DNA of 64,000 nucleotides from a virus: IMG/VR virus record IMGVR_UViG_3300028653_000010; one strand, 5' to 3'. Shown piece by piece: positions 63,958 to 64,000 of this stretch (position 1 is its first letter; each line of letters starts with the position of its first letter). The notes under the pieces were generated by a model. It saw only the letters and a program-made list of their open reading frames with translations, ran no database searches and was not told where the DNA came from. The position numbers and the translations under genes were made by a program.

Positions 63958-64000
63958 GACATTCTGATCACTTTCTTAGCTGCATTTTTAGCGACCATCG
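63954..64000 (-). CDS. 3' end of an upstream gene (partial)
   Basis: ...MVAKNAAKKVIRMS* ends in an ATGA overlap with the next gene. Confidence 0.45.
   Translation of the reverse strand, partial: MVAKNAAKKVIRMS

Noticed and set aside
1-64000. tRNA/rRNA genes, introns/inteins, alternative genetic code
   Set aside because: No cloverleaf or rRNA-like segments in the short intergenic gaps; no intein motifs noticed; long ORFs are intact under the standard code and all three stop codons are used.

Overview
This window is a 64-kb piece of what is most likely a large (jumbo-type) myovirus genome, about 50% GC by eye, standard genetic code. Nearly all genes are tightly packed on the minus strand, many coupled by TAATG/TGATG/ATGA overlaps. 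In transcription order (right to left) it contains: (1) accessory genes, namely a coiled-coil protein, a tandem-domain protein, a Dps-like mini-ferritin and an actin-like ATPase; (2) a putative tail terminator, an FmdB-type Zn ribbon and a very large tail sheath (~1437 aa); (3) a ~7-kb block separating sheath from tube, holding a UvrD/PcrA helicase, a Cys-cluster protein, a DHH-like protein, a micro-ORF and a repeat protein; (4) tail tube, two chaperone-like genes, tape measure, two tube-initiator-like genes (one fused to a GH73-like muralytic domain), hub, gp5/VgrG-like spike, gp25-like, baseplate J-like and wedge proteins, and several giant structural or fibre proteins; (5) a single plus-strand TGGS-repeat/RCC1 lipoprotein of myxobacterial style; (6) a holin-like membrane cassette, a GIY-YIG homing endonuclease and a truncated SNF2 ATPase. 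No capsid, terminase, tRNA, rRNA or CRISPR array is visible. The most interesting unexplained signals are: arrays of RRAT(C/G) repeats in the 5' leaders of tail genes; a CGGTGTA-N9-start motif embedded in start-occluding hairpins; non-structural proteins with K/R-x-A sites at domain borders, possibly protease-processed virion cargo including the Dps and UvrD; and an actin homologue inside the morphogenesis operon. All assignments come from reading motifs and gene order by eye; no database searches were run.
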